Source: Candidatus Thorarchaeota archaeon
Lineage (GTDB): Archaea; Asgardarchaeota; Thorarchaeia; Thorarchaeales; Thorarchaeaceae
Length of the DNA stretch: 64,000 nt
Assembly: GCA_004524445.1 (NCBI GenBank)
Contig: SDNP01000006.1
Span: 36,914 to 100,913 of the forward strand
Direction: 5' to 3'
Part shown: one piece after another, positions 8,281 to 18,549 of the stretch
Layout of the letters: every line of letters starts with the position of its first letter
How positions within the stretch are numbered: position 1 is the first letter of the stretch
Translations under genes and position numbers: made by a program
Notes under the pieces: generated by a model
Told to the model about the DNA's origin: nothing
Database searches by the model: none
What the model saw: only the letters and a program-made list of their open reading frames with translations

Positions 8281-10104
8281 ATGCAATCGTCCAGAAGAAA
8301 ACGGTATCTTGCGTTTGCGTCAATGCTGCTAATCATAGTTTCAGCCATATTGCCAACTCTTGTATTGTCACAAGAACTCGAAGCGAATCGGAAGGTGGGA
8401 CCTTATCTCGATAAGATTGTCTACAGCGTGATTCAGGAGGAGGAAGAACAGATTCTAGCGCTGCAAAATGATGAAGTTGATCTGGTCGGTGATATGATTA
8501 GCCCAGAATCTCTCAACTTGCTCAGTGAGTCAGAATACATTGAAGTTGCTGAGGTGTTGAGGAATGGTTATGGCTATCTCACTATAAACTGCTATAAATA
8601 TCCATTCAATATTACTGCCTTCCGACGAGCTTTTGCCTTTGCCCTCGACAAAGAGGCAATTTCTGATGACGCATGGGATGGGCTGTCCTATCCCCAAGAT
8701 AGCGTCGTTCCACAGGTGAATCCGTTTTCAATCGAGGGTCAAATGTCCTATAACTACTACGAGGATCGTGCTGATATTGGAAATCAGTTCCTTGAAGATG
8801 CTGGTTTTCTAGATATAGATGCAGATGCGTTCAGAGAAGCTCCCGACGGAAGTAATCTAAGCGTAATCATTGAAGTTGCCGTTTCGTCTGACATAGCAAT
8901 TGCTGTTGGTGAATATGCGGAAGATGCACTTCATTCTTTGAGCATTGATGCAGAATGTGTACCCACTGACTTCTACGAGTATTTCGTCCCGTGGTTGCCA
9001 TGGTCTGACAATTATGATATTGTCTTCAGAGGACAGGATTTTGACAACTATGATGTGGATTGGCTGGCTTACGAATTCTGGTCAGAAAATGCATATGGGG
9101 ACTATTACAACCTGCCAAGATTTCAGAATGCATCTTATGATGCTTGGAGAAGCCAATTGATTAATGGCACCACATATGATGAAGTCTATGAAGCCGCCAC
9201 TGAAATGCAGAAGATACTCTTGTATGAATGCCCTATTATCGTCTGTTATGAAAACATCTTCCTCTCGGCTTATCGAACGGACAAGCATGAAGGCTTTGTG
9301 AATGACTTCAGCGAAGGTATTCCCTGTTTTTGGACCAATTACCGCGTACATATGAGAACAGGTCCCAATGAGCATTCCGGTGGTACTCTGCGTTGGAGTA
9401 ACCCTCTTGATGTTAACTCATTCAATTTCATGGTCACCTCATCAAAATACTCTATGAATGTTCTTGAGATGCTTTATGATAGCCTGATAAGAGTGGATAA
9501 GAACGGCAGGGACATATTATGGCTGGCTGGCTCCTACCAAATTGAAACCCATGATGACGATTCAGCAATACCCGACGGGCATAGCAGATTTACATTCGAT
9601 ATCATTAAAGGGGCGACGTGGAGTGATGGCACTGTCTTGACAGCCTCGGATGTTGCGTTTTCGCTGAACTACTACCGCGACTCACCGGGAAATCCGTATG
9701 GCTTTGACTTGTCGCATATGACCGCTGCATATTCGCCTAGTACCTATTCGCTAGTAGTTGAGTTTAACACTGAATCGTACTGGCATCTGCATTCTGTTGC
9801 ATACAAGCCAGTGCTTCCAATGCATATCTTTGAAGAGATTGGTCTTGAGGGTTGGAATACTTGGTCTCCGCGACCGCCAGATGATGAGATGGTTCTATCT
9901 GGCCCATTTAACGTATCTGATTACGTTGCAGGGGAATTTGTTGAGCTATCAAGGAAAACAGACTACTTCTATTCGAAAGAGGACCCACGGGTCCAACCCT
10001 CAAGTCCTTTTGATATGCATTTCATTATGTCGAGTGTTCTGGCGCTGGCCGTTGGTGTCGGTGCCATTGGACTATATGAACTCAAACGTCGCAGAGAATA
10101 CTGA
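8281..10104 (+). CDS. ABC transporter substrate-binding protein, family 5 (peptide/nickel), C-terminally membrane anchored
   Basis: GPYLDKIVY, FRRAFAFALDK, WSDGTVLTASDVAFS and SGPF motifs; signal peptide and C-terminal TM helix. Confidence 0.9.
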   Translation: MQSSRRKRYLAFASMLLIIVSAILPTLVLSQELEANRKVGPYLDKIVYSVIQEEEEQILALQNDEVDLVGDMISPESLNLLSESEYIEVAEVLRNGYGYLTINCYKYPFNITAFRRAFAFALDKEAISDDAWDGLSYPQDSVVPQVNPFSIEGQMSYNYYEDRADIGNQFLEDAGFLDIDADAFREAPDGSNLSVIIEVAVSSDIAIAVGEYAEDALHSLSIDAECVPTDFYEYFVPWLPWSDNYDIVFRGQDFDNYDVDWLAYEFWSENAYGDYYNLPRFQNASYDAWRSQLINGTTYDEVYEAATEMQKILLYECPIIVCYENIFLSAYRTDKHEGFVNDFSEGIPCFWTNYRVHMRTGPNEHSGGTLRWSNPLDVNSFNFMVTSSKYSMNVLEMLYDSLIRVDKNGRDILWLAGSYQIETHDDDSAIPDGHSRFTFDIIKGATWSDGTVLTASDVAFSLNYYRDSPGNPYGFDLSHMTAAYSPSTYSLVVEFNTESYWHLHSVAYKPVLPMHIFEEIGLEGWNTWSPRPPDDEMVLSGPFNVSDYVAGEFVELSRKTDYFYSKEDPRVQPSSPFDMHFIMSSVLALAVGVGAIGLYELKRRREY

Positions 10105-10322
10105 ATCTATTCTCCCTTATCGCTTACAATGACAACTTGGAGAGCAGAGTTTTGCCCCAAACACAAATATGAGCAAGTTTTCCATTCTCTTTTCAGGTTT
10201 CCGAGGTAGTTTCCCTCCAAGCATATCTAAACGAGAGAACTTTATTTATGAGATGCCTTACATATCAAACGCTGAAAATGCCTTGAGTATCAAGGTCATG
10301 GGGACTTCAAGCAGGTGATCAA

Positions 10323-10748
10323 ATGTCACAAAAGGAAAATTACGATGGCGCAACGGCAGGAAAGGTATTAGTTTTTGATGAAAGTGAAACGGTCAGTTTC
10401 CCTAAAAAGTTCAAAGAGGCCATGGGAACAGGTAAAGGCTTGATGGTACTCGTACATAAAGATCGTCTCATCAAGATTTTTCCGCTTGAGTCTGATAAGG
10501 TAAGCTATCTCAGTCTTGAAATCGGGAAGCTCACCAATGACTTCCTTACTAAGCTATCTCAAATATTCAAGAAATCAGGACTTGTGGACCTGCTGTTTTC
10601 AACTGGCGTCTGTCTTAGAGGGACTCGATGTTTTTACGAATGCTATTTTGACCCAGAACAACTTGGAGTGACGGAAGATGAGCTGAATTCCTCGTTGTCA
10701 GAACTAGCTGGAGTCAAGAAAGTCATCATGGAGAGCGTCAAGAAATAA
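10323..10748 (+). CDS. AbrB-like N-terminal plus ACT-like C-terminal domain protein (putative regulator)
   Basis: VSFPKKFKEAMG resembles the AbrB swapped hairpin; the C-terminal region ending LSELAGVKKV is ACT-like. Confidence 0.55.
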   Translation: MSQKENYDGATAGKVLVFDESETVSFPKKFKEAMGTGKGLMVLVHKDRLIKIFPLESDKVSYLSLEIGKLTNDFLTKLSQIFKKSGLVDLLFSTGVCLRGTRCFYECYFDPEQLGVTEDELNSSLSELAGVKKVIMESVKK

Positions 10749-11235
10749 GTCCAATATAGTCCTCCAAATTGGCATATCATGATGAACACTGGAATTTGAT
10801 TAGATAGTCCAGTTCAAAGGGGTATTGCTAACCACTCCCTTTAGTCTGATTTCTCACCCCTTCGCAATTTCCTCAGAAGAAGAGAAGCAGTCTGATTCAG
10901 TGAGACCCCTTCGAAGAAATACAACTCCCACAGATGACACGCCTCCCAATAGAACAAGGGCAGTTGGAATTCCCACAAAGGAGATTACCCATCCAAACAG
11001 AGTTATTTGAGGCATCGCTAGAAGAAGTATCACTGTCGGTAGTAAGGAATATACACTGTTTCTGTTCCTATTGGGGATATCATTTCATTTGTCTTGGGGC
11101 GATTCTACACAAGGAAGAGTCCACCAATGGCAATAATCCGAATATTATCTGATCGCTGTTTGGAAATTGACATTCGCATAGAATGGATTATATCACCGAA
11201 ATGCAGGACGGTTTCTTGGGACATAGGTGCTTGCG

Positions 11236-11904
11236 ATGCAGGATTTGTATCAGTTCATAATCGACTTGATTCTGCTGGGATACCTAGGTCTATTCGTTGC
11301 CTGCTTCATCAGCAATATGGTCCCGTTTGTTTCGCCTTCAAATATGGTCCTCGCAGGTGTTGCTTCACTTTTGCTGCCAGCTTTGGGTTGGGTCCAGATT
11401 GGAATCATTGTGGCTATCGCAGCCACTCTTGCGAAGTTCATTCATTACTATGTAATTCGGACCTCAAGAGTTGTAATCTCTGAGGAACGGCTTGAATCGA
11501 TTGACCGAGAGAGAGAACGAGTAGAAAAGTGGGGCGGGCTGGCACTATTCATTGCTGCCGCATCTCCCATTCCGGATGACGCCATCATCATATACACCGC
11601 CCTCACAAATTATAGCATTCCGAAATTCAACGTGAGTTATTTTGTGGGCAAGGCTTCTGTAACAGTAGCTGGAGCACTAATTGGGTATACCGTCGGTGGG
11701 CTATTTGAGTCGGCTCCTATCGTGATAGCCTCTATTGCCTTTGCAGCACTTTTAACAGGCCTTCTTTTCAATAGGAGAAGAGGGGACGAAGAATCGGAAA
11801 TCGTAGAAGATGCCATGGAAGAGCACTTTCTTGATAATGAGGATGATGACTCCTCCAAGGAGGATGAAATTCAACCCGATGATACTCCAAGTGGTCCTTC
11901 GTAA
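11236..11904 (+). CDS. DedA/VTT (YqaA-like) membrane protein with acidic tail
   Basis: LFIAAASPIPDD...FVGK DedA signature. Confidence 0.8.
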   Translation: MQDLYQFIIDLILLGYLGLFVACFISNMVPFVSPSNMVLAGVASLLLPALGWVQIGIIVAIAATLAKFIHYYVIRTSRVVISEERLESIDRERERVEKWGGLALFIAAASPIPDDAIIIYTALTNYSIPKFNVSYFVGKASVTVAGALIGYTVGGLFESAPIVIASIAFAALLTGLLFNRRRGDEESEIVEDAMEEHFLDNEDDDSSKEDEIQPDDTPSGPS

Positions 11905-11952
11905 GTCTTAAGTGGTTCAGATGGAGGAGCTTCTTGTCAAGGTGAAAATCCT

Positions 11953-12348
11953 ATGCCCGGGACTAGCACGACTGAAGTAGATTGCGTAAAATGCCAGACC
12001 ACGTATGAGGCTGATGTAATAGAGCACATCGACCTCTCAGAAGAACGCGACATGATTCGGGCACTAAGAACGGGCAAAGTGAATCGAGTCCAATGTCCAA
12101 AATGCAGAAAGGTCATGTATTTGGACCGAAGTGTGGTTATTAACTTTGAGCCAGACAACTTGATTGTGGTGTACGATCCAAATGCAACATCACCACGCGC
12201 GAAGAGTCAATTTGAGGAAGAATTCAGGAATGTCACCTCATTTGATGAAAACCTCTCCGAAGTTGCTGAAGACACTGACTTCAGAGTAATTTCTGATTTG
12301 GATGAACTCAAGCAGTTGCTGAAGGAGTACAAGAAAACCTATCTATAG
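11953..12348 (+). CDS. CpXC-domain zinc-ribbon protein
   Basis: CVKC...CPKC with the CpXC-type spacing. Confidence 0.75.
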   Translation: MPGTSTTEVDCVKCQTTYEADVIEHIDLSEERDMIRALRTGKVNRVQCPKCRKVMYLDRSVVINFEPDNLIVVYDPNATSPRAKSQFEEEFRNVTSFDENLSEVAEDTDFRVISDLDELKQLLKEYKKTYL

Positions 12349-13410
12349 TTCTCTTTTTCCAAGCAAGAACTCCTCTACCCATCGTTCGGCTCTGTACATC
12401 TTGGTTGGTTTGGGTGGCATCTTGAAACCATATGCTGAAATCGATTCAAGTGCTCCTCCGATTCCTCTATTCAGCGCTAATTTTGTACCTCTGATAGCGT
12501 CGAAAAGTATGGGACCCGCATTAGGGCCATCTGTCACTTCCATCCTAATGTCTATCTTGATGGGTGCTCCACCAAATTGACGACCATGAATATAGAAGTA
12601 TGAGTCACGAGAGTTGTCCATAAACGGAACAAAATCTGATGAACCAGCCACAATTGGTGCATCATACGGAACGTCTTGACCCACTGCGGAGCTTTTTACT
12701 CCCCGTTTTCGCATGCGGCCTCGATAGTGTGAGTCTAGAGACTCAGCACCTCCTCCTACGTCTAGCTGGTAGCTTTCATCGATCTTGACGCCTCTTGATA
12801 CGAGTAACTGCATCAGGTTCCTATGAAGTACCGTTGAGCCAAGCTGGTCCTGAATGTCGTCTCCAACAAGAGGTATGCGTTTGTCTTTGAATTTCCTGTC
12901 CCATTCCGGATCTGAGGCTATGGATATCGGTGTACCGTTGATGAATGCACAACCAGCATCGAGTGCTGCCTGAGCATAGAATTTCGTCGCCTTTTCTGCA
13001 GAGCCAGGTATAAGACAAATCACCATGTCCGCTCTGCTGTCGCGCAATACATCGACTACATCTGCTTCTTTAGCATCAGAAACATTTGCGAGCGCCTTGA
13101 GGTTCTTGTCTACTCCGTCTAGCTCTCTTCCTCGATGAACTTTGACGCCCGTTTTCTCTATCTTGGCAAATTTCATGACATTATTTGGCTCTGCGAAAAT
13201 AGCTTCTGCCAGGTCTGCCCCTACTTTTCCTTCAACCACATCAACAGCCGCAACAAAATCAATGTCTCTCACATGGTATCCCGCAAAGTCTGGATGATCC
13301 AATCCAATAATCTCGTCACTTGCTCTTGCGTCCCTATAATACTCTACACCTTGCACCAATGCGCTGGCACAATTACCGATGCCAACTAATGCTACTTTTA
13401 TGTCACTCAT
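12343..13410 (-). CDS. ino1: myo-inositol-1-phosphate synthase
   Basis: GIGNCASALVQG, VGDDIQDQLG and DGPNAG motifs; start placed at MSDIKVALVG. Confidence 0.9.
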   Translation of the reverse strand: MSDIKVALVGIGNCASALVQGVEYYRDARASDEIIGLDHPDFAGYHVRDIDFVAAVDVVEGKVGADLAEAIFAEPNNVMKFAKIEKTGVKVHRGRELDGVDKNLKALANVSDAKEADVVDVLRDSRADMVICLIPGSAEKATKFYAQAALDAGCAFINGTPISIASDPEWDRKFKDKRIPLVGDDIQDQLGSTVLHRNLMQLLVSRGVKIDESYQLDVGGGAESLDSHYRGRMRKRGVKSSAVGQDVPYDAPIVAGSSDFVPFMDNSRDSYFYIHGRQFGGAPIKIDIRMEVTDGPNAGPILFDAIRGTKLALNRGIGGALESISAYGFKMPPKPTKMYRAERWVEEFLLGKREL

Positions 13411-13507
13411 ATCGAAAACATCCAACTTGCCTTTCCTAAGCCATTGAGAATATTTTACCATTATAAACTTTTATGGACATAGAATAGTATGAGCTCAATG
13501 CTCTTGT

Positions 13508-13526
13508 GGCAGTAAATTTAATTGCC
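13508..13526 (+). promoter_or_regulatory. TATA box of the candidate ncRNA inside an imperfect palindrome
   Basis: GGCAGTAAATTTAATTGCC; TTTAAT at 13517-13522 lies about 25 nt upstream of 13544. Confidence 0.5.
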
Positions 13527-13543
13527 TTGGCGCGAAATAATAT

Positions 13544-13771
13544 GGTGGACGACAGATTGACATTCGTGCTCCAAGTTGTAATCCCCAGGCGGTGGGATTG
13601 CTCTACTGTCAATCGGCACCTATAGGAATGTCCAGATCATTGGAGGTTCCTGCCGAAGAGGATGGTGTTCACATTGACGGGCGAGGAGCTGTTCATGTTC
13701 ATCAAAAGGGGTGGACCTCAGCCTTTCGGGCGTGAGAAAAAAAAATTGGGTGGTGTCGATCGTCGTCCACC
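13544..13771 (+). ncRNA. Structured non-coding RNA of unknown family (about 228 nt)
   Basis: Perfect terminal helix GGTGGACGAC/GTCGTCCACC, several internal hairpins with G-U pairs favouring the + strand, upstream TATA and downstream T-run. Confidence 0.7.
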
Positions 13772-14017
13772 TTTTCTTCCGATTCTCCATCTATTAGAAG
13801 TTCTAAAAGAATACATGCGATTTTTCCTAAATCGAATTGTCGAGCAATCAAGATCATGTTCATTCTTTTTTACAAGTAAAATCGCCGTTCAACTAGCATA
13901 GCATTCTTATGGCAATAGAAAACGACATTTGCATACAGCAGATTCAGGCTGCTCTTAGGATTCAAAAGAACCCTCATCAAAAGCACCCAATAATCTCCAT
14001 GCCAAGAAGTGATCAAG

Positions 14018-14419
14018 ATGAAAACAGACTACGACCCGATTGAGATGGAGATTGCGGAACTAAAACCAAGAATGAAGCGTCTCAAGGTGACATTCAAGGT
14101 ACTCGAAAAAAGCAATCCTCGAGAAGTCACAATAAAGCGCGATGATTCCAATCACCAGATCGCTGATGCGGTTGTTGCAGATGAAACAGGCTCTGTTGTT
14201 ATGCCTCTCTGGGACAAAATGATAGATGAGATAGAGGTAGGTCGCACCTACACACTGAGTAACGGATATACTGGCACGTTTCGAGGGAGTCTTCGGCTCA
14301 ACATTGGCAAGTACGGGAAAATCACGGATGCAGAAGAAGAGATTGACGGAGTTAATCTAGAAAATGATGTATCAGAATTAGCAGAAAAACCACATTACTA
14401 CCGTGGAAAGGGTACATAA
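14018..14419 (+). CDS. Single OB-fold single-stranded nucleic-acid binding protein (SSB/RPA-like)
   Basis: IADAVVADETGSVVMPLWD...NGYTGTFRGSLRLNIGKYG archaeal SSB signature. Confidence 0.88.
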   Translation: MKTDYDPIEMEIAELKPRMKRLKVTFKVLEKSNPREVTIKRDDSNHQIADAVVADETGSVVMPLWDKMIDEIEVGRTYTLSNGYTGTFRGSLRLNIGKYGKITDAEEEIDGVNLENDVSELAEKPHYYRGKGT

Positions 14420-14429
14420 TATGAAATCC

Positions 14430-15593
14430 CTACTCAAGGGCTCTCGCGAGCAAATCAACAACATCTACTACATCGATGTTACTCCCAATGAGCTCTGTAC
14501 CCGCTTTGAGATTGTGTTCACAAAATGGACAAGCTGAAACAATCTTCTCGGCACCAGTGTCTTCCGCATCTCTTACTCGTGCAGAACCTATCTTCTTGGC
14601 AGTATCCGAATCAAAAGAACGTAATCCTCCACCAGCTCCACAGCATATGGCAGTATTCCTATTCGTTTCCATCTCAACAAGCTCAATGCCTGGAATTGAT
14701 TCCAGAACATGTCGCGGGCTGTCGTATATTCCCATCTCTCGACCTATATGACACGGGTCGTGATATGTTAACCTTGTTGGACTGCTCAGAGGTTTGGGTT
14801 CTATCTTGCCATTTCGAATCAGTTCATCAGCATACTCAACAATATGGAGCACCTCCGGTAACTCAATGCCAAATCGCTCTGGATAGTCCATTCTAAGAGT
14901 CTTTAGACAACCCGCACAGGACACAACTACCTTCTTGGCACCGGTGGAGCGAATAGCATCTTCTAGCCTCTTTGCCATAGTTTCAGCTTCATTTACCTTT
15001 CCAGTTCTCAACATAACTGAGCCGCAACAGGGTTCATCGCGCAGGACTGCAAACTCACCGGGCGCAGCATTTAGAATTTTGGCTGCGTCAATGGCTATTT
15101 TAGGGATACGCATACCTGCTGTACAGCCAACATAGTAGAGGACATCAGCCTGTTCTGCAACATCAAAACCTAAGGCTTGCAACCATTCCATCTTTTCCAG
15201 ATTATCATCTGAGTAGGGGTTGCCCACTCGAGTGATTCTCTCGGCGATGGAATCCCGGACCTCGTTTGGAATCTCATTTAGGACCTCACGTACTTGCTCC
15301 AGTGCCTGAGCCGGATGGAATTCAGCGGGGCAAATCTGGTTACAATTTCCACATAAGGTACATTGGTAGAGTGAACTGGCATTCTCCTCGGTTTTCTCAA
15401 GAGTACCGTCTAGGAGGGCTAATGCAACCTGTATCTTCCCTCTCATGAAGGAGGTTTCAAAGCCACTAGTATGCTTCCATACGGGGCAAATTCCGTCGAA
15501 GCCCTTTGCTGCATAGACGGCATCTCTGCAGATTCCACAGCGTCGACATTGGAGGAGTTCTTCTCTGAGAAATTCTAGGTCTATATCAGCCAT
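14430..15593 (-). CDS. Fe-S oxidoreductase with CCG domains (GlcF/HdrD-like)
   Basis: CRRCGIC, CTLCGNCNQICP, YYVGC, CCGS, YHDPCH, CCGAGGG and SACPFC motifs. Confidence 0.9.
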   Translation of the reverse strand: MADIDLEFLREELLQCRRCGICRDAVYAAKGFDGICPVWKHTSGFETSFMRGKIQVALALLDGTLEKTEENASSLYQCTLCGNCNQICPAEFHPAQALEQVREVLNEIPNEVRDSIAERITRVGNPYSDDNLEKMEWLQALGFDVAEQADVLYYVGCTAGMRIPKIAIDAAKILNAAPGEFAVLRDEPCCGSVMLRTGKVNEAETMAKRLEDAIRSTGAKKVVVSCAGCLKTLRMDYPERFGIELPEVLHIVEYADELIRNGKIEPKPLSSPTRLTYHDPCHIGREMGIYDSPRHVLESIPGIELVEMETNRNTAICCGAGGGLRSFDSDTAKKIGSARVRDAEDTGAEKIVSACPFCEHNLKAGTELIGSNIDVVDVVDLLARALE

Positions 15594-15693
15594 GTCAGAT
15601 TCCTTCATGCACGCAGAGGTAATGTCGGCGTGAGATTTTTGGTTTATGGACTTTTTCATCCACCTTGTTCCCTAGTTCTTTCGTCCTACCCAT

Positions 15694-17100
15694 TCATACG
15701 CCCCCCAATACGCCAGGGTTCATAATGCCATTAGGATCAATGGTTTCCTTTATTATGCGAATCAATTTGAGATAATCTTCCATCCCCTCTACTCCCTCAA
15801 CCCAATATGATGCCAACTTGAAGGGCACAGCTCCTGTCTTGAAGATTCGCTGTGCTAGATCTCGGTGGGCGGTGACTACCTTTTCTTCCTCTTCTTGGTC
15901 TACTGGGTCCCAGTAGAGGTGTGGATACATGTTAACAGAAGTATGCCCCGTAGCAAAGCCTGCTGTGTGTCCAAGGAAACCATATTGATCCATCACAGCC
16001 CATATCTCCTCAACAGATCTGTGCCAGTTTGACGGGGTCTGATGATGGTATAACGTCCGCCACCAGAAGCCGTGAGCATAACAAGAACGTGCAAAGGACC
16101 ACATCCGATCCTCCCATTCACCCTGAGGGAGTTCAGAAATCCCTATCACATGCCCATCGAGGGATTTGCATATCTCCTGAGTCGTTTGCACATCGCTATC
16201 CAGCAGCTCTTGCCTCACACGACCAATGATAAGAGAAATAGTGTATGGAGGCCATTCATGTTCAGGTATGCCATATTCCTGACCTAGCATATCCATGAAG
16301 AATTGTAGAATACGCCCTTCGTAGAGGGACATGAACAATGTTTTGACATCATTGTGTTTCAGTTGCCCAACAAATTTCTGCGCATCTTCTCGTTTTGTGA
16401 ATCCATATGTCTGATAATATAGGTGCCTCATCTTCTTGTAGGTCTTAACAGAAACCGCTGTGATAATACCCAAGCTGCCAAGCGATCCGATAAAGAGACC
16501 AGTTATATCAGGACCGAAGGCATACCTCAAGAATGGTCCTGGTGCATGAGGATTAGCTTCACTTCCAGTTTGAATAACCTCGCCATTCGGTAAGACCACT
16601 TCGAGCCCTACAACCATCTCAGCAATGGAACCATAGGCACTCGATCCCGGCCCGGCTCCGTTGACCGCCACATTTCCCGCAATAGTACAGCTCAATGCAG
16701 ACTCAGGATAGACTGGTAACCAGAGGCCTCTCTCACCAAGAGCTTTGTCGAGCATGCCAAATGTTACTCCTGCACCAACACGGACAGTTCTAAGGTCTTC
16801 AAAGATTTCAATCTCACGAAGGCGAAGCATGTCGATCACCAGTCCATGCTCTTTGGGTAATGCCTCTGCTTGGAGACTTGATCCGCCTGATCTTGGAGTC
16901 ACAAGAATGGCATGTTTGTTTGCCAGTTTCAGGATTTCGGCGACTTCTGTGGCATTAGCAGGTCTTACGACAGCTCCTGGTCTTATTGAGTTAACTCCCA
17001 TGGATGCGGTTGAAGAATATGCTAGCAAAACATCATTTCTGGTTGAAACGTATTCTTCTCCAACGATTTCGATTAGGTTCCCGATGACCTCATCATCCAT
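15694..17100 (-). CDS. FAD-binding oxidoreductase (VAO/PCMH family, GlcD-like), paralog 2
   Basis: PRSGGSSL, TIAGNVAVNGAG, GSLGSLGIIT and DPNGIMNPG motifs. Confidence 0.9.
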   Translation of the reverse strand: MDDEVIGNLIEIVGEEYVSTRNDVLLAYSSTASMGVNSIRPGAVVRPANATEVAEILKLANKHAILVTPRSGGSSLQAEALPKEHGLVIDMLRLREIEIFEDLRTVRVGAGVTFGMLDKALGERGLWLPVYPESALSCTIAGNVAVNGAGPGSSAYGSIAEMVVGLEVVLPNGEVIQTGSEANPHAPGPFLRYAFGPDITGLFIGSLGSLGIITAVSVKTYKKMRHLYYQTYGFTKREDAQKFVGQLKHNDVKTLFMSLYEGRILQFFMDMLGQEYGIPEHEWPPYTISLIIGRVRQELLDSDVQTTQEICKSLDGHVIGISELPQGEWEDRMWSFARSCYAHGFWWRTLYHHQTPSNWHRSVEEIWAVMDQYGFLGHTAGFATGHTSVNMYPHLYWDPVDQEEEEKVVTAHRDLAQRIFKTGAVPFKLASYWVEGVEGMEDYLKLIRIIKETIDPNGIMNPGVLGGV

Positions 17101-17124
17101 TCATAACGACCTCAGATGTTTGAA

Positions 17125-18534
17125 TCAAATACCCCCGAGTACACCTGGATGCATGATGTTATCTGGATCAAGAGATGACTTGAGTACCTTGATAAATCGC
17201 ATATAGCTTTCCATCTCCTCAACACCATCAACCCAGTATGGTGCCAACTTGAACGGCACTGCACCAGTCTTGAACAGCCGCTTGGACAACTCAGCGTGGG
17301 CATCTCTAACTCGTTGTTCTTCGTCGGGATCTTCAGGGTCGAAGTAGAGATGTGGATAGAAATTATACGAACTGTGACCGCTCTGAAAACCGGCTGTATG
17401 ACCGAGCAATCCGTGTTTGTCCATGACCTTCCAAATCTCCTGCACCGACATGTGCCAATTTGCAGGGGTTTGATGATGATACAAGATTCGCCACCACCAG
17501 CCATGAGCATAGGACGACCTCGCAAATGTACGCATCCTGTCTTCCCATTCACCCTTTGGCAATTCGGGTATACCTATCACATTCCCGCCCAAGTCATCAC
17601 AGATTTTGGCAGTGAGATTGACATCACTCTGAAGTTGGTCCTCTCTCAACCTGCCCAAGGTGAGAGAAACCGTAAACTCCGGCCACTCGCGTTTGGGTAT
17701 ACCATACTCATCTCCAAGCATATCAAGAAAGAAGCCTAGGATTCTCCCCTCATATATGGAAACAAACAATCCTTGAATTCCCTGTTGCTTGAGCTCTACC
17801 AAGAACTTCTCTGCCTGCTCTTGCTTATTGAATCCGTATGTTCCATAATGGAAATTATGGATGCGTTTGAAGACCTTGAGAGATACGGCAGTGATTATGC
17901 CCAGGCTTCCCAATGAACCGATGAACAAGCCCGTTATGTCTGGTCCGAAAGCATATCGAAGAAAGGGGCCGGGTGCATGGGGGTTTGCCTCGGTTCCTGT
18001 TTGGACTATAGTTCCATCAGGAAGTACAACCTCCAGACCAAGAACCATCTCCGCAATCGATCCGAATGCACTCGAACCAGGTCCTGCACCGTTAACAGCA
18101 ACATTGCCCGCAACAGTACAAACTAGCGAAGACTCTGGATATATTGGAATCCAGAGGTCCTTTTTGCCTAGGTGCTTGTCTAAAGATCCAAAGGTAACAC
18201 CGGCTCCAACTCGTATGCTCCTCAAATCATCGAAAATCTTGACCTTGTTGAGTCGAAGAAGCTCCACTACCAGTCCCCCTTCACTAGGTATAACTTCTCC
18301 TTGAAGACTGGAACCTCCAGATCGTGGGGTGATGGGAATCTTATACTTCCTCGCCACCTTCACAATCTCAGATACCTCTTCCGTGCTTTCTGGCCGTACA
18401 ACAGCATCGGGCCGTGTGGCATCGTACCCAATGGAGGCAGAAGCAGAATACGTCAGCAGTACATCTTCTCTTGTTGAAATGTAGTCGCTGCCAACAATTT
18501 CTGTGAGTCTCTTGATGGCTTCTTCATTCAACAA
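17125..18534 (-). CDS. FAD-binding oxidoreductase (VAO/PCMH family, GlcD-like), paralog 1
   Basis: Same motifs as the neighbouring gene; tandem duplicate. Confidence 0.9.
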   Translation of the reverse strand: MLNEEAIKRLTEIVGSDYISTREDVLLTYSASASIGYDATRPDAVVRPESTEEVSEIVKVARKYKIPITPRSGGSSLQGEVIPSEGGLVVELLRLNKVKIFDDLRSIRVGAGVTFGSLDKHLGKKDLWIPIYPESSLVCTVAGNVAVNGAGPGSSAFGSIAEMVLGLEVVLPDGTIVQTGTEANPHAPGPFLRYAFGPDITGLFIGSLGSLGIITAVSLKVFKRIHNFHYGTYGFNKQEQAEKFLVELKQQGIQGLFVSIYEGRILGFFLDMLGDEYGIPKREWPEFTVSLTLGRLREDQLQSDVNLTAKICDDLGGNVIGIPELPKGEWEDRMRTFARSSYAHGWWWRILYHHQTPANWHMSVQEIWKVMDKHGLLGHTAGFQSGHSSYNFYPHLYFDPEDPDEEQRVRDAHAELSKRLFKTGAVPFKLAPYWVDGVEEMESYMRFIKVLKSSLDPDNIMHPGVLGGI

Positions 18535-18549
18535 AACATTCCTCGGCGT

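Noticed and set aside
10800-11180. Hydrophobic - strand fragments (MPQITLFGWVISFVGIPTALVLLGG...)
   Set aside because: Short, stop-interrupted and with no family match; may be a decayed membrane gene but cannot be supported.
13544-13771. Identification as RNase P, SRP RNA or tmRNA
   Set aside because: The - strand GCCCGAAAGGCTGAGGTCCACCCC faintly resembles RNase P P3/P4, but it lacks the GAGGAA-type CR-I and any CR-V. No SRP helix-8 motif or T-arm.
13662-13901. 79-aa ORF overlapping the structured element
   Set aside because: No recognisable motif, and it crosses the terminal helix and T-run; better explained as a shadow of the RNA.
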